A stretch of 30,259 bases of DNA, taken from an archaeon. Its GTDB lineage: Archaea; Asgardarchaeota; Thorarchaeia; Thorarchaeales; Thorarchaeaceae. Under the pieces are notes generated by a model. It was not told the origin of the DNA, did not search any database, and saw only the letters and a program-made list of their open reading frames with translations. The stretch's first letter is position 1, and every line of letters begins with the position of its first letter. The stretch spans positions 1-30,259 of the forward strand of contig JAJRWI010000073.1 of NCBI GenBank assembly GCA_024276825.1, given 5' to 3'. Positions 1-9,244 of this stretch are shown here, one piece after another. The position numbers and the translations under genes were made by a program.

Positions 1-1
1 C

Positions 2-55
2 GAAGCGCTTGGCCTTATGACTCCCAAAGAGGCCAAACGCCTTCGGCCCAAATAG
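2..55 (+). CDS. 3' end of an unidentified gene truncated by the window edge
   Basis: Frame open from the edge (EALGLMTPKEAKRLRPK*), ending 11 nt before the convergent ade stop. Confidence 0.4.
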   Translation, partial: EALGLMTPKEAKRLRPK

Positions 56-66
56 TCATCCATTAA

Positions 67-1809
67 TCAGGCAGGAACATCGAACAGATCAATCACACGG
101 AATTTCTCAACATCCACAAGTCCACGGTCCGTAATCTTAAGCTTAGGAATGACAGGCAAGGACAGAAATGCCATTGCCATGAATGGCTCGTCAAGGTCGG
201 TTTCCAGTTTGACTGCTGCTTCTCGCAACTCCTTGATTCCTTCAACTACATCCTCAATAGTCCTGTCAGACATGAGCCCTGCAATTGGCAAAGGCAATGA
301 AGCTAGAACCTCACCATCCTTGACAACAGCAATACCTCCCTGCATTCTGACAATCTGGATGGCAGCCTCAATGAGATCATGATCATTGGTTGCAACGGCA
401 ATTATGTTATGGCTATCGTGAGCGATTGAAGACACCATAGCGCCCTCTTTTATCCCCATGCCTTTCACAAAACCCACAGGACTGGGCTCAGAAGCATTAT
501 GGCGTTCTATGACTGAGATCTTAACAATGTCCCTATCTATGTCTGGGACTGCCAGACCATCAACAGCCTTGACCTCTTCAATCAAGTGTTCTGTAACTAT
601 CTGATGTTCAATTACACCAATAACATTCATGTGATCATTTCGGGCCTTCACTTCAAAGTCCTGCGGTTCGAGCCAATGAATGTTGATGGACCTTCTAAGA
701 CGTGGAGGTTCGCGTTCGCCGAGGTCGATGTTTAATTTTCCATCCTTAGCAACGATCTTACCATCTTTGAAGACCATTTTTACATCAACTTTCTCAAGAG
801 ACCCTAGAACCGCAATATCAGCACGATAACCAGGAGCCACAGCGCCAGAGTACTTCAGACCATAATGTCTAGCTGTAGAGAGAGTGGCCACTTTTATTGC
901 CAATACAGGATCTACCCCATATTGAATTGCATCACGAATCATACTGTCAATATGTCCGTTTTCCATCAGGTCCAACGGGTTTCGATCATCGGTGACAAAG
1001 CTGCAGAACATTGCTGTGTCTTTATCAATCAGTCTTGATAGATTTCTTAGATTCTTTGCAGTGGATCCCTCTCGAATCTGAATATGCATTCCCACTGCCA
1101 GTTTAGAGCGTGCTTCCTCAAGCGTTGTGCATTCATGCTCAGAGGTTATGCGAGCTGCAGCATAGGCATTCAGGTCCAGTCCCTTTATGTGAGGAGCATG
1201 TCCATCAATTCGTTTGTTGTATTCCAACGCAATTCGAATCTTCTCAAGAACTGCAGGGTCTCTGTAAATGACTCCTGGATAATTCATGACCTCAGCGAGA
1301 CCCAGAACATAATGTTCAGTCATTAATGGCTTTATATCAAGATAGTCCATTGTGACCCCATTGGTCTCAAGGTCTGACGAAGGAACACATGAAGAAACCA
1401 TTATGTAAAAGTCCATTGGGCCTCCGCGTGCACTCTTTGTCATATACATAATTCCTTCCATGCCCAGTACATTGGCAATCTCGTGAGGATCTGCAACTAC
1501 GGCTCCAGTTCCATGAGGCACCACAGCTCGCGCATATTGCATTGGCATGACCATTGAGGACTCTATGTGGACATGCCCATCAATAAATGAAGGAGTAACG
1601 AATTTTCCCTTGAGATCAATCGTGGCATTGCCTTGGTACTTGCCAACACCTGCTATGAATCCCTTGTGAATAGCCACATCGCCCTCTTGAATTTCTCCAG
1701 TGAAAACATTAACAACTCGAGCATTTGCAAGAACAATATCAGCCCGCGTTCTTCCCGATGCAACATCGATCATCTGTTCAAGTGGATAAACTTCGTATGG
1801 TCTCTTCAT
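67..1809 (-). CDS. ade: Adenine deaminase
   Basis: Amidohydrolase motifs FIDGHVHIESSM, DPHEIANVLG, IDGHAP, HEC, TDD and SIAHDSHN. Likely start MKRPY at 1809; the ORF extends to 1869. Confidence 0.95.
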   Translation of the reverse strand: MKRPYEVYPLEQMIDVASGRTRADIVLANARVVNVFTGEIQEGDVAIHKGFIAGVGKYQGNATIDLKGKFVTPSFIDGHVHIESSMVMPMQYARAVVPHGTGAVVADPHEIANVLGMEGIMYMTKSARGGPMDFYIMVSSCVPSSDLETNGVTMDYLDIKPLMTEHYVLGLAEVMNYPGVIYRDPAVLEKIRIALEYNKRIDGHAPHIKGLDLNAYAAARITSEHECTTLEEARSKLAVGMHIQIREGSTAKNLRNLSRLIDKDTAMFCSFVTDDRNPLDLMENGHIDSMIRDAIQYGVDPVLAIKVATLSTARHYGLKYSGAVAPGYRADIAVLGSLEKVDVKMVFKDGKIVAKDGKLNIDLGEREPPRLRRSINIHWLEPQDFEVKARNDHMNVIGVIEHQIVTEHLIEEVKAVDGLAVPDIDRDIVKISVIERHNASEPSPVGFVKGMGIKEGAMVSSIAHDSHNIIAVATNDHDLIEAAIQIVRMQGGIAVVKDGEVLASLPLPIAGLMSDRTIEDVVEGIKELREAAVKLETDLDEPFMAMAFLSLPVIPKLKITDRGLVDVEKFRVIDLFDVPA

Positions 1810-1953
1810 CGTCCAATTCACTTCTTTACCATAATTCCTATTCAATGAAAAGGATTTCTCAAAATACATTCACCCATATTAAAATGCTTGTTCATACGGC
1901 ATTAAATCATGGTGCAATGTTTTTATCAGATTGAATGCTGCTGTTCTGTTAGA

Positions 1954-2694
1954 ATGAAGATAATACCCATCAAAGGCATTCCCAAAATAAAGCCAGGTGA
2001 CAATCTTACAGAATTAATAATTGATGCTCTTAAAAATTCACAGGATCAACTGGCTAATAGGGCCGTGCTTGTTGTGGCACACAAGATCGTGTCAATTGCA
2101 GAGGGGCGTCTGTTTAGAAAGGTCGAGATAAAGCCATCAGAGAAAGCCACTAGAATTGCTAGACTGAATAATGAAGACCCAGTTAGAGTTGAACTTGCAA
2201 TCAGAGAGGCCCAACAGATTATCCGAGAAACTCCAGTACTAATCACAAAAACCAGACATGGAATCATTACTGACTATTCAGGTATTGACAAGAGTAATGC
2301 TCCCAGTGGATATCTCGTTGCCTTGCCAAAGAATCCAGACAGGTCGGCACATGAAATTCACAAAGCCATTCTTGATAGATATGGAATTCACGTGCCCGTC
2401 ATCATTTCGGACACTCAGGGCAGACCATGGAGAAAGGGAGCGATAAATATTGCAATTGGTCTGGCTGGAATGTCGCCATTCATTGTGAACAAGGGAAAGT
2501 CAGATATTTACGGTCGAACGCTCCATTCATCACTGATATGCCTTGCTGATGAATTGGCTTCAGCAGCAGAATTGGTGATGGGTCAAGCTAATGAGATGAT
2601 ACCAATTGTCTTGATAACCCATGTGCCATTTGGGTTGGAGTCATCATCATCAAAAGCAATTATTCGCCCAGATGATGAGAATCTCTTCTTATGA
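1954..2694 (+). CDS. cofE: Coenzyme F420-0:L-glutamate ligase
   Basis: GIPKIKPGDNL, KIVSIAEGR, GIDKSN, IISDTQGRPWRKG and ADELASAAELVMGQANE are CofE motifs. Start MKIIP at 1954. Confidence 0.93.
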   Translation: MKIIPIKGIPKIKPGDNLTELIIDALKNSQDQLANRAVLVVAHKIVSIAEGRLFRKVEIKPSEKATRIARLNNEDPVRVELAIREAQQIIRETPVLITKTRHGIITDYSGIDKSNAPSGYLVALPKNPDRSAHEIHKAILDRYGIHVPVIISDTQGRPWRKGAINIAIGLAGMSPFIVNKGKSDIYGRTLHSSLICLADELASAAELVMGQANEMIPIVLITHVPFGLESSSSKAIIRPDDENLFL

Positions 2695-3393
2695 CTAATA
2701 AAGAAGCGTTATTCCAAAAATTGGCAAAATAAGAATGATGCCAATTATTATCAGCAGAATTCCAACAATCCTTTCTATGCGGTGCACCTGATTGGTCATC
2801 TTTGAAGTATATCGAGTTCGGGCTTCACCGCTCACAATAGCAAGTACCAGATATGGTAAGCTTATGGCAATCGCCAGTACCATGAAGAGAATAAAAGAGG
2901 CCAGAAGACTTGTTTTAGCCCCAAAAACAGCAATTAGGCCAAAAATAGCGGGACCTGTGCAGGGAGCAGCGAGTAATGTATATGTGAGTCCAATGATATA
3001 TACTCCAAACAATCCTTTCGGATCTTTGTGACGGGTCTGAAAATTGAATGACTCTAGGCCAATCTTTACGCGTAAATTTTCAAAAATCAGCAGAAATCCA
3101 AGAAAGGCAAGTATAATTCCTAGGACTGCTTGAATCTGCGTAAAATGAGTAATTATAAACATGCCAATTATGAATTGTAGAATAAGAATAAAGAGTGCAA
3201 GTGATGTCAGGATTCCCAGTACAAGGGTCATGGTTATCATGATACTTCTTCTTCTAGTGCTTTCAGATTGGAGAGTTCTTAACAAAAATAGCGGCAATAA
3301 TGGAAATAGGCAGGGTGACAATGCAATGTAAAGGCCTGCACTGAAGGTCAATCCAAGCTGAAGGAGGAGTCCTAATAATTGCAGTCTTAACAC
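2695..3393 (-). CDS. ccdA: CcdA/DsbD-beta family membrane disulfide electron transporter
   Basis: About 6 TM segments with two Pro-Cys motifs (LSPCLFPLLP, AAPCTGP). Directly downstream of a redoxin gene. Confidence 0.85.
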   Translation of the reverse strand: MLRLQLLGLLLQLGLTFSAGLYIALSPCLFPLLPLFLLRTLQSESTRRRSIMITMTLVLGILTSLALFILILQFIIGMFIITHFTQIQAVLGIILAFLGFLLIFENLRVKIGLESFNFQTRHKDPKGLFGVYIIGLTYTLLAAPCTGPAIFGLIAVFGAKTSLLASFILFMVLAIAISLPYLVLAIVSGEARTRYTSKMTNQVHRIERIVGILLIIIGIILILPIFGITLLY

Positions 3394-3400
3394 ATCCAGA

Positions 3401-3979
3401 TTAATGGGCCATCATTATTGATAGTGTATCAATCATATCGTCTGCATCCCAGATGCCCACATGTACCCAACGAAAGTAACCTGCATCATCAATGATCACA
3501 AGTGTTGGAACGCTTCTAATCTTGAAGTAGTTGGTAAATGAACCACCAGAATCTAGTCCATGAGGCCAGGGGAGACCCTTGCTTTCCTTATATTCTGCCA
3601 TCATGCTGATTGTATCAGCAGTATCTACACTCAATGAGATTATCAAAATCGAATCTCCAAAAGTCTCATAAAGTTCCTTAAGATTTACATTCTGTGCGGC
3701 GCAAGAGCTGCACCATGTTGCCATCAAGTCCGCGACTATGTATTTTCCCTCATAGTTTCTAATTGATAAGAGTGAATCATCTGACATTAAAAAATTCCAA
3801 TCGGGAACTTTTAAGCTTAGATCAATAAGGTCGGTATCAGTGGTAATTGCTTCTGTTCCGGAGTTTGCGTTGCCTGAATTAGTATTGGGCGTGAATGTGA
3901 GAAAAGCTGCACCTACAAGAATTCCAACTGATGTGACTGAAACCAAGAATATCAAGATTAGTGCCTTCTCCAAGGACAT
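3401..3979 (-). CDS. Membrane-anchored TlpA/ResA-like thiol-disulfide oxidoreductase
   Basis: N-terminal TM anchor, ATWCSSC active site and SVPT cis-Pro loop. GAGGTGA RBS upstream of MSLEK (3979). Confidence 0.88.
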   Translation of the reverse strand: MSLEKALILIFLVSVTSVGILVGAAFLTFTPNTNSGNANSGTEAITTDTDLIDLSLKVPDWNFLMSDDSLLSIRNYEGKYIVADLMATWCSSCAAQNVNLKELYETFGDSILIISLSVDTADTISMMAEYKESKGLPWPHGLDSGGSFTNYFKIRSVPTLVIIDDAGYFRWVHVGIWDADDMIDTLSIMMAH

Positions 3980-4106
3980 TGTTGGCCTCACCTCGATTAA
4001 TGTAAAAATCAAGAATTATTAAGCGTTTATGTGTGAACCTGCACAACCGTTGACGCTATTAATCGGGATTTGCATAGAACTCATGAAAATGAATAATGGG
4101 ACACCA

Positions 4107-4751
4107 TCATGGTCTTGATGGAACAAATAAGGAAGTATTAATTACGACACTCTGTTCGTTGTTGATTAGCCTCCAAGGAGCTGAAACAAACAAGATTCTA
4201 TGTGGTTTAGATTTCTTATCGATGCTAATGTATCCCTTAGATGCCAGAGTTTTAACAAACTTTCTTAGCTTGCCCTTTTTTATATTTGTGAGCTCACTTA
4301 ATTCATTATATCTGAGCACTGAATATCTCTGTAAAGTAGCAAGTACTGTAAACTCGGGGAACTCCATTAAAGCACGCCGCAAGTTCTCGTTTTCTCTACG
4401 AACATCATTCTCATCGCCTGATAGTGCAAATGATAATGATTCGCGAAGACTATTGATCTCATTCAATAGGGATGTATTCTCAGATTCAAATCGTTGAATC
4501 GTTCCACTCATAACATGAAGCATCTCAGAGCTGAGGTCATTACTCAGTCCTTCCAAGGCCTCTCTAGCTGCTTGTTTTGATTCTCTGATTATGCCGGGCA
4601 AGTCATCAGTATCAAACCATTGGCCATTCACAAGCGACTCCATCTGGTTGAAATACTCCGAAACCCTTCGCACCCAGAGATCGCGGGTGCTCTGAAGTAC
4701 GCCTGCCAGACGCATTGTTATTCTTGCTATGACCTCATCTGAGTCATTCAT
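4107..4751 (-). CDS. Coiled-coil protein with C-terminal winged helix-turn-helix
   Basis: Heptad-rich middle region. C-terminal YNELSELTNIKKGKLRKFVKTLASKGYISI matches a wHTH pattern. Start uncertain (4751-4784). Confidence 0.65.
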   Translation of the reverse strand: MNDSDEVIARITMRLAGVLQSTRDLWVRRVSEYFNQMESLVNGQWFDTDDLPGIIRESKQAAREALEGLSNDLSSEMLHVMSGTIQRFESENTSLLNEINSLRESLSFALSGDENDVRRENENLRRALMEFPEFTVLATLQRYSVLRYNELSELTNIKKGKLRKFVKTLASKGYISIDKKSKPHRILFVSAPWRLINNEQSVVINTSLFVPSRP

Positions 4752-4841
4752 CACAATCAAATATATCATGCATATTGAATACACAAGTGTGAGTAATATC
4801 CAGATATCATTGAAAGTTTATTTTTTCCTTATGACATGAGG

Positions 4842-5405
4842 CTATTTATGAACTATAACCTCAGCACGACGATCTATATGGTCCCAAGCTGGAGTAGTAG
4901 GGGTATTATTCATAATGATGACAATCAATTCGCGGATTCCGTCAGGATTGCTTATGCCATCTATCACAATGTAGGGCTTGTCTATTTGCCATTTCGGATA
5001 TATCTTTACATTACCCATTCCAACCATGCGTTCATCCGGATTACTCTCAGTTTCCACTCTGTCAATCTCATCATAGAAGATTCGCACTGTTTTCTTATTG
5101 AGAAGCCCTCTTCTGACACGGACATTCCATGTTGTAATTAAATAATAGGTCTGGCGCCTTTTTAGCTCAGTCCAACTCACTAGAATGACAGCAAATACAA
5201 GAGCACCAATACCCACAAGCCATGAATATAGATTATAGGGCACATAAAGACCAGCAGTTACAATGTTGAAAATCAAGCTGGTGACAAATGCAGTTATTCC
5301 TATTATGTAATTGATTAGAAATGATGCTCGCTTTGGATGGATTATCATGATCAGACGCTCTCTCTTTTCGGGAGATACTTCAAAGTCTGGACCGGCTTCG
5401 CTCAT
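4842..5405 (-). CDS. Two-TM membrane protein with bacterial PH (bPH_2) domain
   Basis: Two TM helices followed by YYLITTWNVRVRRGLL...IFYDEIDRVE...RMVGMGNVKI, typical of bPH_2. RBS before MSEAG (5405). Confidence 0.8.
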   Translation of the reverse strand: MSEAGPDFEVSPEKRERLIMIIHPKRASFLINYIIGITAFVTSLIFNIVTAGLYVPYNLYSWLVGIGALVFAVILVSWTELKRRQTYYLITTWNVRVRRGLLNKKTVRIFYDEIDRVETESNPDERMVGMGNVKIYPKWQIDKPYIVIDGISNPDGIRELIVIIMNNTPTTPAWDHIDRRAEVIVHK

Positions 5406-5437
5406 TATCCTCAACCTAATAGTTTCTTCATGTCTTA

Positions 5438-5770
5438 TCAAGATGTCGCAAAAAATGCATTATATTTTCTCAGATTCAAACTGCTTTCGAAAATCATAAA
5501 ACCCATTGCAATCTTGCTCAACATGACCAAGTAATATACTAATTCAACGTCCATGATGTCTTTGTCATTTGTCTTGGCTGTAATGCTGATTTTGTCTTTC
5601 TTGTCAATAATTAGCTTTGCACCCTTAAACTCCCATTGTTTTTTCAGAAGGAGGAATACGATCCTCCATCTTACTTCTGCATTCTTCATGATCTTGTTGA
5701 ACACTACAGTAGTATGCAATTTGTATTTCTTGCTCACTGGCAAAAAAATGAGCCTTTCGGGTGCTAAATT
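5438..5770 (-). pseudogene. Possible degraded YbjN/T3SS-chaperone-like gene or small hypothetical protein
   Basis: Segment LLLKKQWEFKGAKLIIDKKDKISITAKTNDKD resembles YbjN-type domains. The frame is closed by a TAG just upstream and has only a TTG start at 5743. Confidence 0.3.
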
Positions 5771-5983
5771 GATCTATCTTCCATAACAGCTCTATTGTTC
5801 TGTTCGAATAGTGGAATTCAAGCTCAAGTTTCAGCAATAGTTCTATCTTGTGTTTAACTATGCTTAGGCAATAGCACTTCATCCATAGAACAAAGATCGA
5901 TGAAATTAGGCGTTCTTCCCAATTCTCTACATATAATTGCTCGTCTGATAAGATTGCAATTGCATGTGTCAAAGTTTTATAAA

Positions 5984-6024
5984 AACATTAAGAGCAATAT
6001 TTTAACTCTCAAGCTCTTAATGTT
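5984..6024 (-). terminator. 12-bp perfect inverted repeat, probable terminator downstream of tusA
   Basis: AACATTAAGAGC (5984-5995) / GCTCTTAATGTT (6013-6024) with a 17-nt spacer, running into a T tract on the minus strand. Confidence 0.5.
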
Positions 6025-6082
6025 GAATTAATATGATTCGATAAAGTTGGATTGTTAAAAAGTGAAATAAAGAAATATAGCT

Positions 6083-6322
6083 CTATTTCACTCTACGAAT
6101 ATACCAAATGATCTTATCGCCTTCTTCAATCATCTCAACTATCTCATTACCAGTGCGTTTTGCCCAAGAGGGAAAGTCCTTCTTGGTACCCACATCTGTG
6201 GCAATCACTTTCAGAATCTGTCCGACTTCAACTTGCTGAATCTCTTTCTTTGTCTTAAGTATAGGCATTGGACATCGCAGTCCACTTGCATCAAAAGTTC
6301 TTGCTACTTCATGATCGGTCAT
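6083..6322 (-). CDS. tusA: TusA/SirA family sulfur carrier protein
   Basis: 79 aa with DASGLRCPMP (CPxP) and ATDVGTKKDFPSW. Confidence 0.93.
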   Translation of the reverse strand: MTDHEVARTFDASGLRCPMPILKTKKEIQQVEVGQILKVIATDVGTKKDFPSWAKRTGNEIVEMIEEGDKIIWYIRRVK

Positions 6323-6503
6323 TTGTCATCATTTTGTCCCCCTAGTTGGAGTTTTTTAACCTTTACTATTCTGAATAATGTAATGGTTCAAAAATCGAAC
6401 AAAAACACACCCAAAAAGTTACAAATTTATAAAATAATTGCATTTTTTTTGTCCCTTTTCGTTATCCTTAAATCAAGGCCTTAACTAACTTCTCTAACAC
6501 ACG

Positions 6504-6908
6504 GTGATTATCATGGCTCTGTTTGAGTTATTACTGCTGGTCTTATTCGGCCTTAGCATGGGTACGATGTATTCGGGATTCATGCTCGCAAGGCGAATGG
6601 GAATGTTTCTAATGATGCAAGTGATGATGCTGATGCTATCAATGTTTGCATCAATTGGCGTGCTCGTAGTGGGCTTGATATTCCCGCCAACTACTGCTGC
6701 CATGTTTGATATTCTGCACATATTGCTAATCATAGATCTGATACTGGTCTTGGTCGCAATGCTCATGCAGTTTGTCCAAGTTGTGCCAATTCTATTAAAG
6801 ACAATGCAAGGCGGCCCTTTTCACAACTCCCATGTGACAAACCTGTTAGTGATGTTCTTCTATCTGCTAGGTCTCGTTTTGTATTACCCAGCACTAGCAC
6901 TGCTTTAG
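6504..6908 (+). CDS. Met-rich four-TM membrane protein of unknown function
   Basis: Four hydrophobic segments, 18 Met and 3 His. Ends 13 nt before the DsrE gene. Start at 6504 (GTG) or 6513 (ATG). Confidence 0.75.
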   Translation: MIIMALFELLLLVLFGLSMGTMYSGFMLARRMGMFLMMQVMMLMLSMFASIGVLVVGLIFPPTTAAMFDILHILLIIDLILVLVAMLMQFVQVVPILLKTMQGGPFHNSHVTNLLVMFFYLLGLVLYYPALALL

Positions 6909-6921
6909 GAGGAGATAATGA

Positions 6922-7284
6922 ATGCCAAGTCTATACATTATTGGTCAGTGGGGTCCTGAGGCCGCTGAACGTTGTTATGGTCCCTTTGTGACCGGCACAA
7001 CTGCTCAGGCACAGGACATTAAGGTCAAAATCTTCTTGATGATGGACGCTGTTTATCTGATGAAAAAAGGCATTGCGGAAAAAATCAAGGCACCCGGATT
7101 CCCACCACTTCCAGATCTGATTCAGATGTTCCTAGATGAGGGTGGCGAAATCGAGCTTTGTTCAAACTCTGCAGCCTTTAGAGGAATCAAAGAGGAACAT
7201 CTTCGTGACTCTAGAATTAAGATTGCGGGCGCCGCCACAATGATCGATGACACCCTGAACTACGATAAGACAATGTTCTTCTGA
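6922..7284 (+). CDS. DsrE/DsrF-like sulfur-relay protein
   Basis: VKIFLMMDAVYLMKKG and GGEIELCSNSAAFRGI (conserved Cys). AGGAGG RBS. Confidence 0.9.
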   Translation: MPSLYIIGQWGPEAAERCYGPFVTGTTAQAQDIKVKIFLMMDAVYLMKKGIAEKIKAPGFPPLPDLIQMFLDEGGEIELCSNSAAFRGIKEEHLRDSRIKIAGAATMIDDTLNYDKTMFF

Positions 7285-7316
7285 AGGACTACTAGTCCTT
7301 CTCCCATCTTTTTTTT
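7283..7316 (+). terminator. Hairpin plus T-tract terminator after dsrE
   Basis: GAAGGACT-act-AGTCCTTC (7283-7301), then T8 (7309-7316). Confidence 0.65.
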
Positions 7317-9060
7317 ACATTTGAACACAGGGTTTTAGTAACAGATTCATTATCGCGCTTTTTATCTCCTCAGGTTCTACAAATCCCATCAATGCCTTAT
7401 CACATATCTCAATGAATGGAAACATTGGTATGTTTGGTAGAGCCACATCAACATTTGGGTCATCAACGTTTATCTCATTGATTATAGAAGGAAGTATCTC
7501 AAATTCATCCATCACATTCACGAGTATCTCATGTACGGGTTCACAGAAGAAGCAATGATCAGACTTGTAAAATGTGATACAGGCAGATCTCCCACAGGCA
7601 AGTTCCAGTTTTTCAATCCAGCGTGGTATTTGAATTATGAACTTGACACCTTTGGAATAATCATCAGAAACTCGATTCTCAATCCAAATCTTGCCGCCAT
7701 ACGACCGTATTATCTTGTCCACAAGTGTCAGTCCCAGACCACGTCCAACCTTTTGACTCTCGGGACTGCCAGTTCTCTTAAACACCCATTCTTTGAGCTC
7801 ATCTGGAATTCCCTTACTATTGTCGGATATCTCAACTTGGATAAATTCCCTTCGATGAATCAAATATGCTTTTACAAAACCTCGAACATCTTCATTATCA
7901 TTATATAACATCGAATTATGGATGATGTTGAAAAAAACATTTGTAAGGTATTGATTTGCGCTCGCAAATTCTGCATCTTCCTCAATATCAGTCTCAATGA
8001 AAAGGTTCTTCCAAAACATGTCTTCTCTGACTTCTCCTACCGCCTGCTTCAAAGCATTAGTTATTGCTGTCTTTTCAAAAGTAATAGACGATTGCATTAA
8101 CTGAATAATCAGTTTAAGATGCATTATAGTTCGTGCTGAACGTTTTATGTCCCACTGAATGTTGCGTATGGTTTCGGCATGTAGTTCGCCCATGTCTTGT
8201 TCAATTAGACCAAATGCGAAAAGAAGACTCTGATTTATATTGTTCATGTCATGTGTCATGATCTCAAGTATCAATTGGATATGCTCGCGTTCGCTTTTTG
8301 CTCGTTGTTCTGCATTCTTTCGCAGATTGATGTTCTGAACTAGAAGCAAAATAGATGGTTCTGGAAGCTGCATATAGCTGGCTGTAACATTAACCCAGAC
8401 AACCTCATTAGACCCTGTCTTCATCAAGAATTCAAGGCCTTCCAAGGTCTTTCTGTTCATCACCTCAGAAATGATCTCATGAATGAGTTCTTTGCCATTA
8501 TCTGAAGCAATGAAACTTGTTATGCTCCTTTTTAGAATCAATTCCCTTTCAATTCCAAGAAATTTCCAAGCGGCAGGATTCAAGTCTTGAATAATTCCTG
8601 TCGGAGAAATGACGAAGATGGCGATTGGGGAGGTTTCCCAAACCTTTTCATAGCGGGTTAAGCAGGAGTCAATGAAACTCCTCAGCTCTACTTGTTCTGT
8701 TATATCGCTGAGAAATAGAATAATTACATTGTGCCTGCCAAATTTTGCTGAAGTGATCCTAATCTCAGCTGTTGCAATGACTTTTTCATTTTTCTTAAGT
8801 CGAACAGTGCATAATGCACTCTCTTTTAGTCCCTGATAGACATCATTATAGCTGTTTTGGAATATTTCTATATCGCGATTATCAATAAAATCAATGATTT
8901 CCCTGCCCTCTATTTCTTCCTCACTAGTGCCAAGAATCCGTGAGAGGGCCGGGTTGACCAACCTGATCCTGCCGTCAATGAGGACTGCCAATCCTTCTTT
9001 CAGTAATTGTGCTAATCCCAAATAATCAGAATTGGCAGCATTTTCATTATCATTGCTCAT
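7315..9060 (-). CDS. Soluble PAS-PAS histidine kinase with C-terminal CxxC thioredoxin-like domain
   Basis: Two PAS repeats, H-box EIMTHDMNN, N-box FNIIHNS, G1 DNSKGI, G2 GRGLGL, and tail FYKSDHCFFCEP...PMFP. No TM segments. Start 9060 (ATG) or 9072 (TTG). Confidence 0.9.
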   Translation of the reverse strand: MSNDNENAANSDYLGLAQLLKEGLAVLIDGRIRLVNPALSRILGTSEEEIEGREIIDFIDNRDIEIFQNSYNDVYQGLKESALCTVRLKKNEKVIATAEIRITSAKFGRHNVIILFLSDITEQVELRSFIDSCLTRYEKVWETSPIAIFVISPTGIIQDLNPAAWKFLGIERELILKRSITSFIASDNGKELIHEIISEVMNRKTLEGLEFLMKTGSNEVVWVNVTASYMQLPEPSILLLVQNINLRKNAEQRAKSEREHIQLILEIMTHDMNNINQSLLFAFGLIEQDMGELHAETIRNIQWDIKRSARTIMHLKLIIQLMQSSITFEKTAITNALKQAVGEVREDMFWKNLFIETDIEEDAEFASANQYLTNVFFNIIHNSMLYNDNEDVRGFVKAYLIHRREFIQVEISDNSKGIPDELKEWVFKRTGSPESQKVGRGLGLTLVDKIIRSYGGKIWIENRVSDDYSKGVKFIIQIPRWIEKLELACGRSACITFYKSDHCFFCEPVHEILVNVMDEFEILPSIINEINVDDPNVDVALPNIPMFPFIEICDKALMGFVEPEEIKSAIMNLLLKPCVQM

Positions 9061-9192
9061 TTTTGAGTTCAACTCATGGCAGTGGTCCCATTAATTTGTA
9101 ACATCCTATTAATGGTCGCACATATCTTTTTTGAATATCGCCATTTTTGGCATAATTTGGTCAAGGCATTATTGAATGTCATTGTAAGAACA

Positions 9193-9231
9193 TTTATATA
9201 GGTTTTTACATTTGAACAATTGTTCAAATGT
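9193..9231 (+). promoter_or_regulatory. TATA box and ArsR/SmtB-type operator palindrome
   Basis: TTTATATA (9193-9200) followed by the perfect 24-bp palindrome ACATTTGAACAATTGTTCAAATGT (9208-9231). It contains the TGAA-N6-TTCA core of SmtB/CzrA operators and lies 13 nt before arsR. Confidence 0.85.
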
Positions 9232-9244
9232 TGGAGAATGAACA

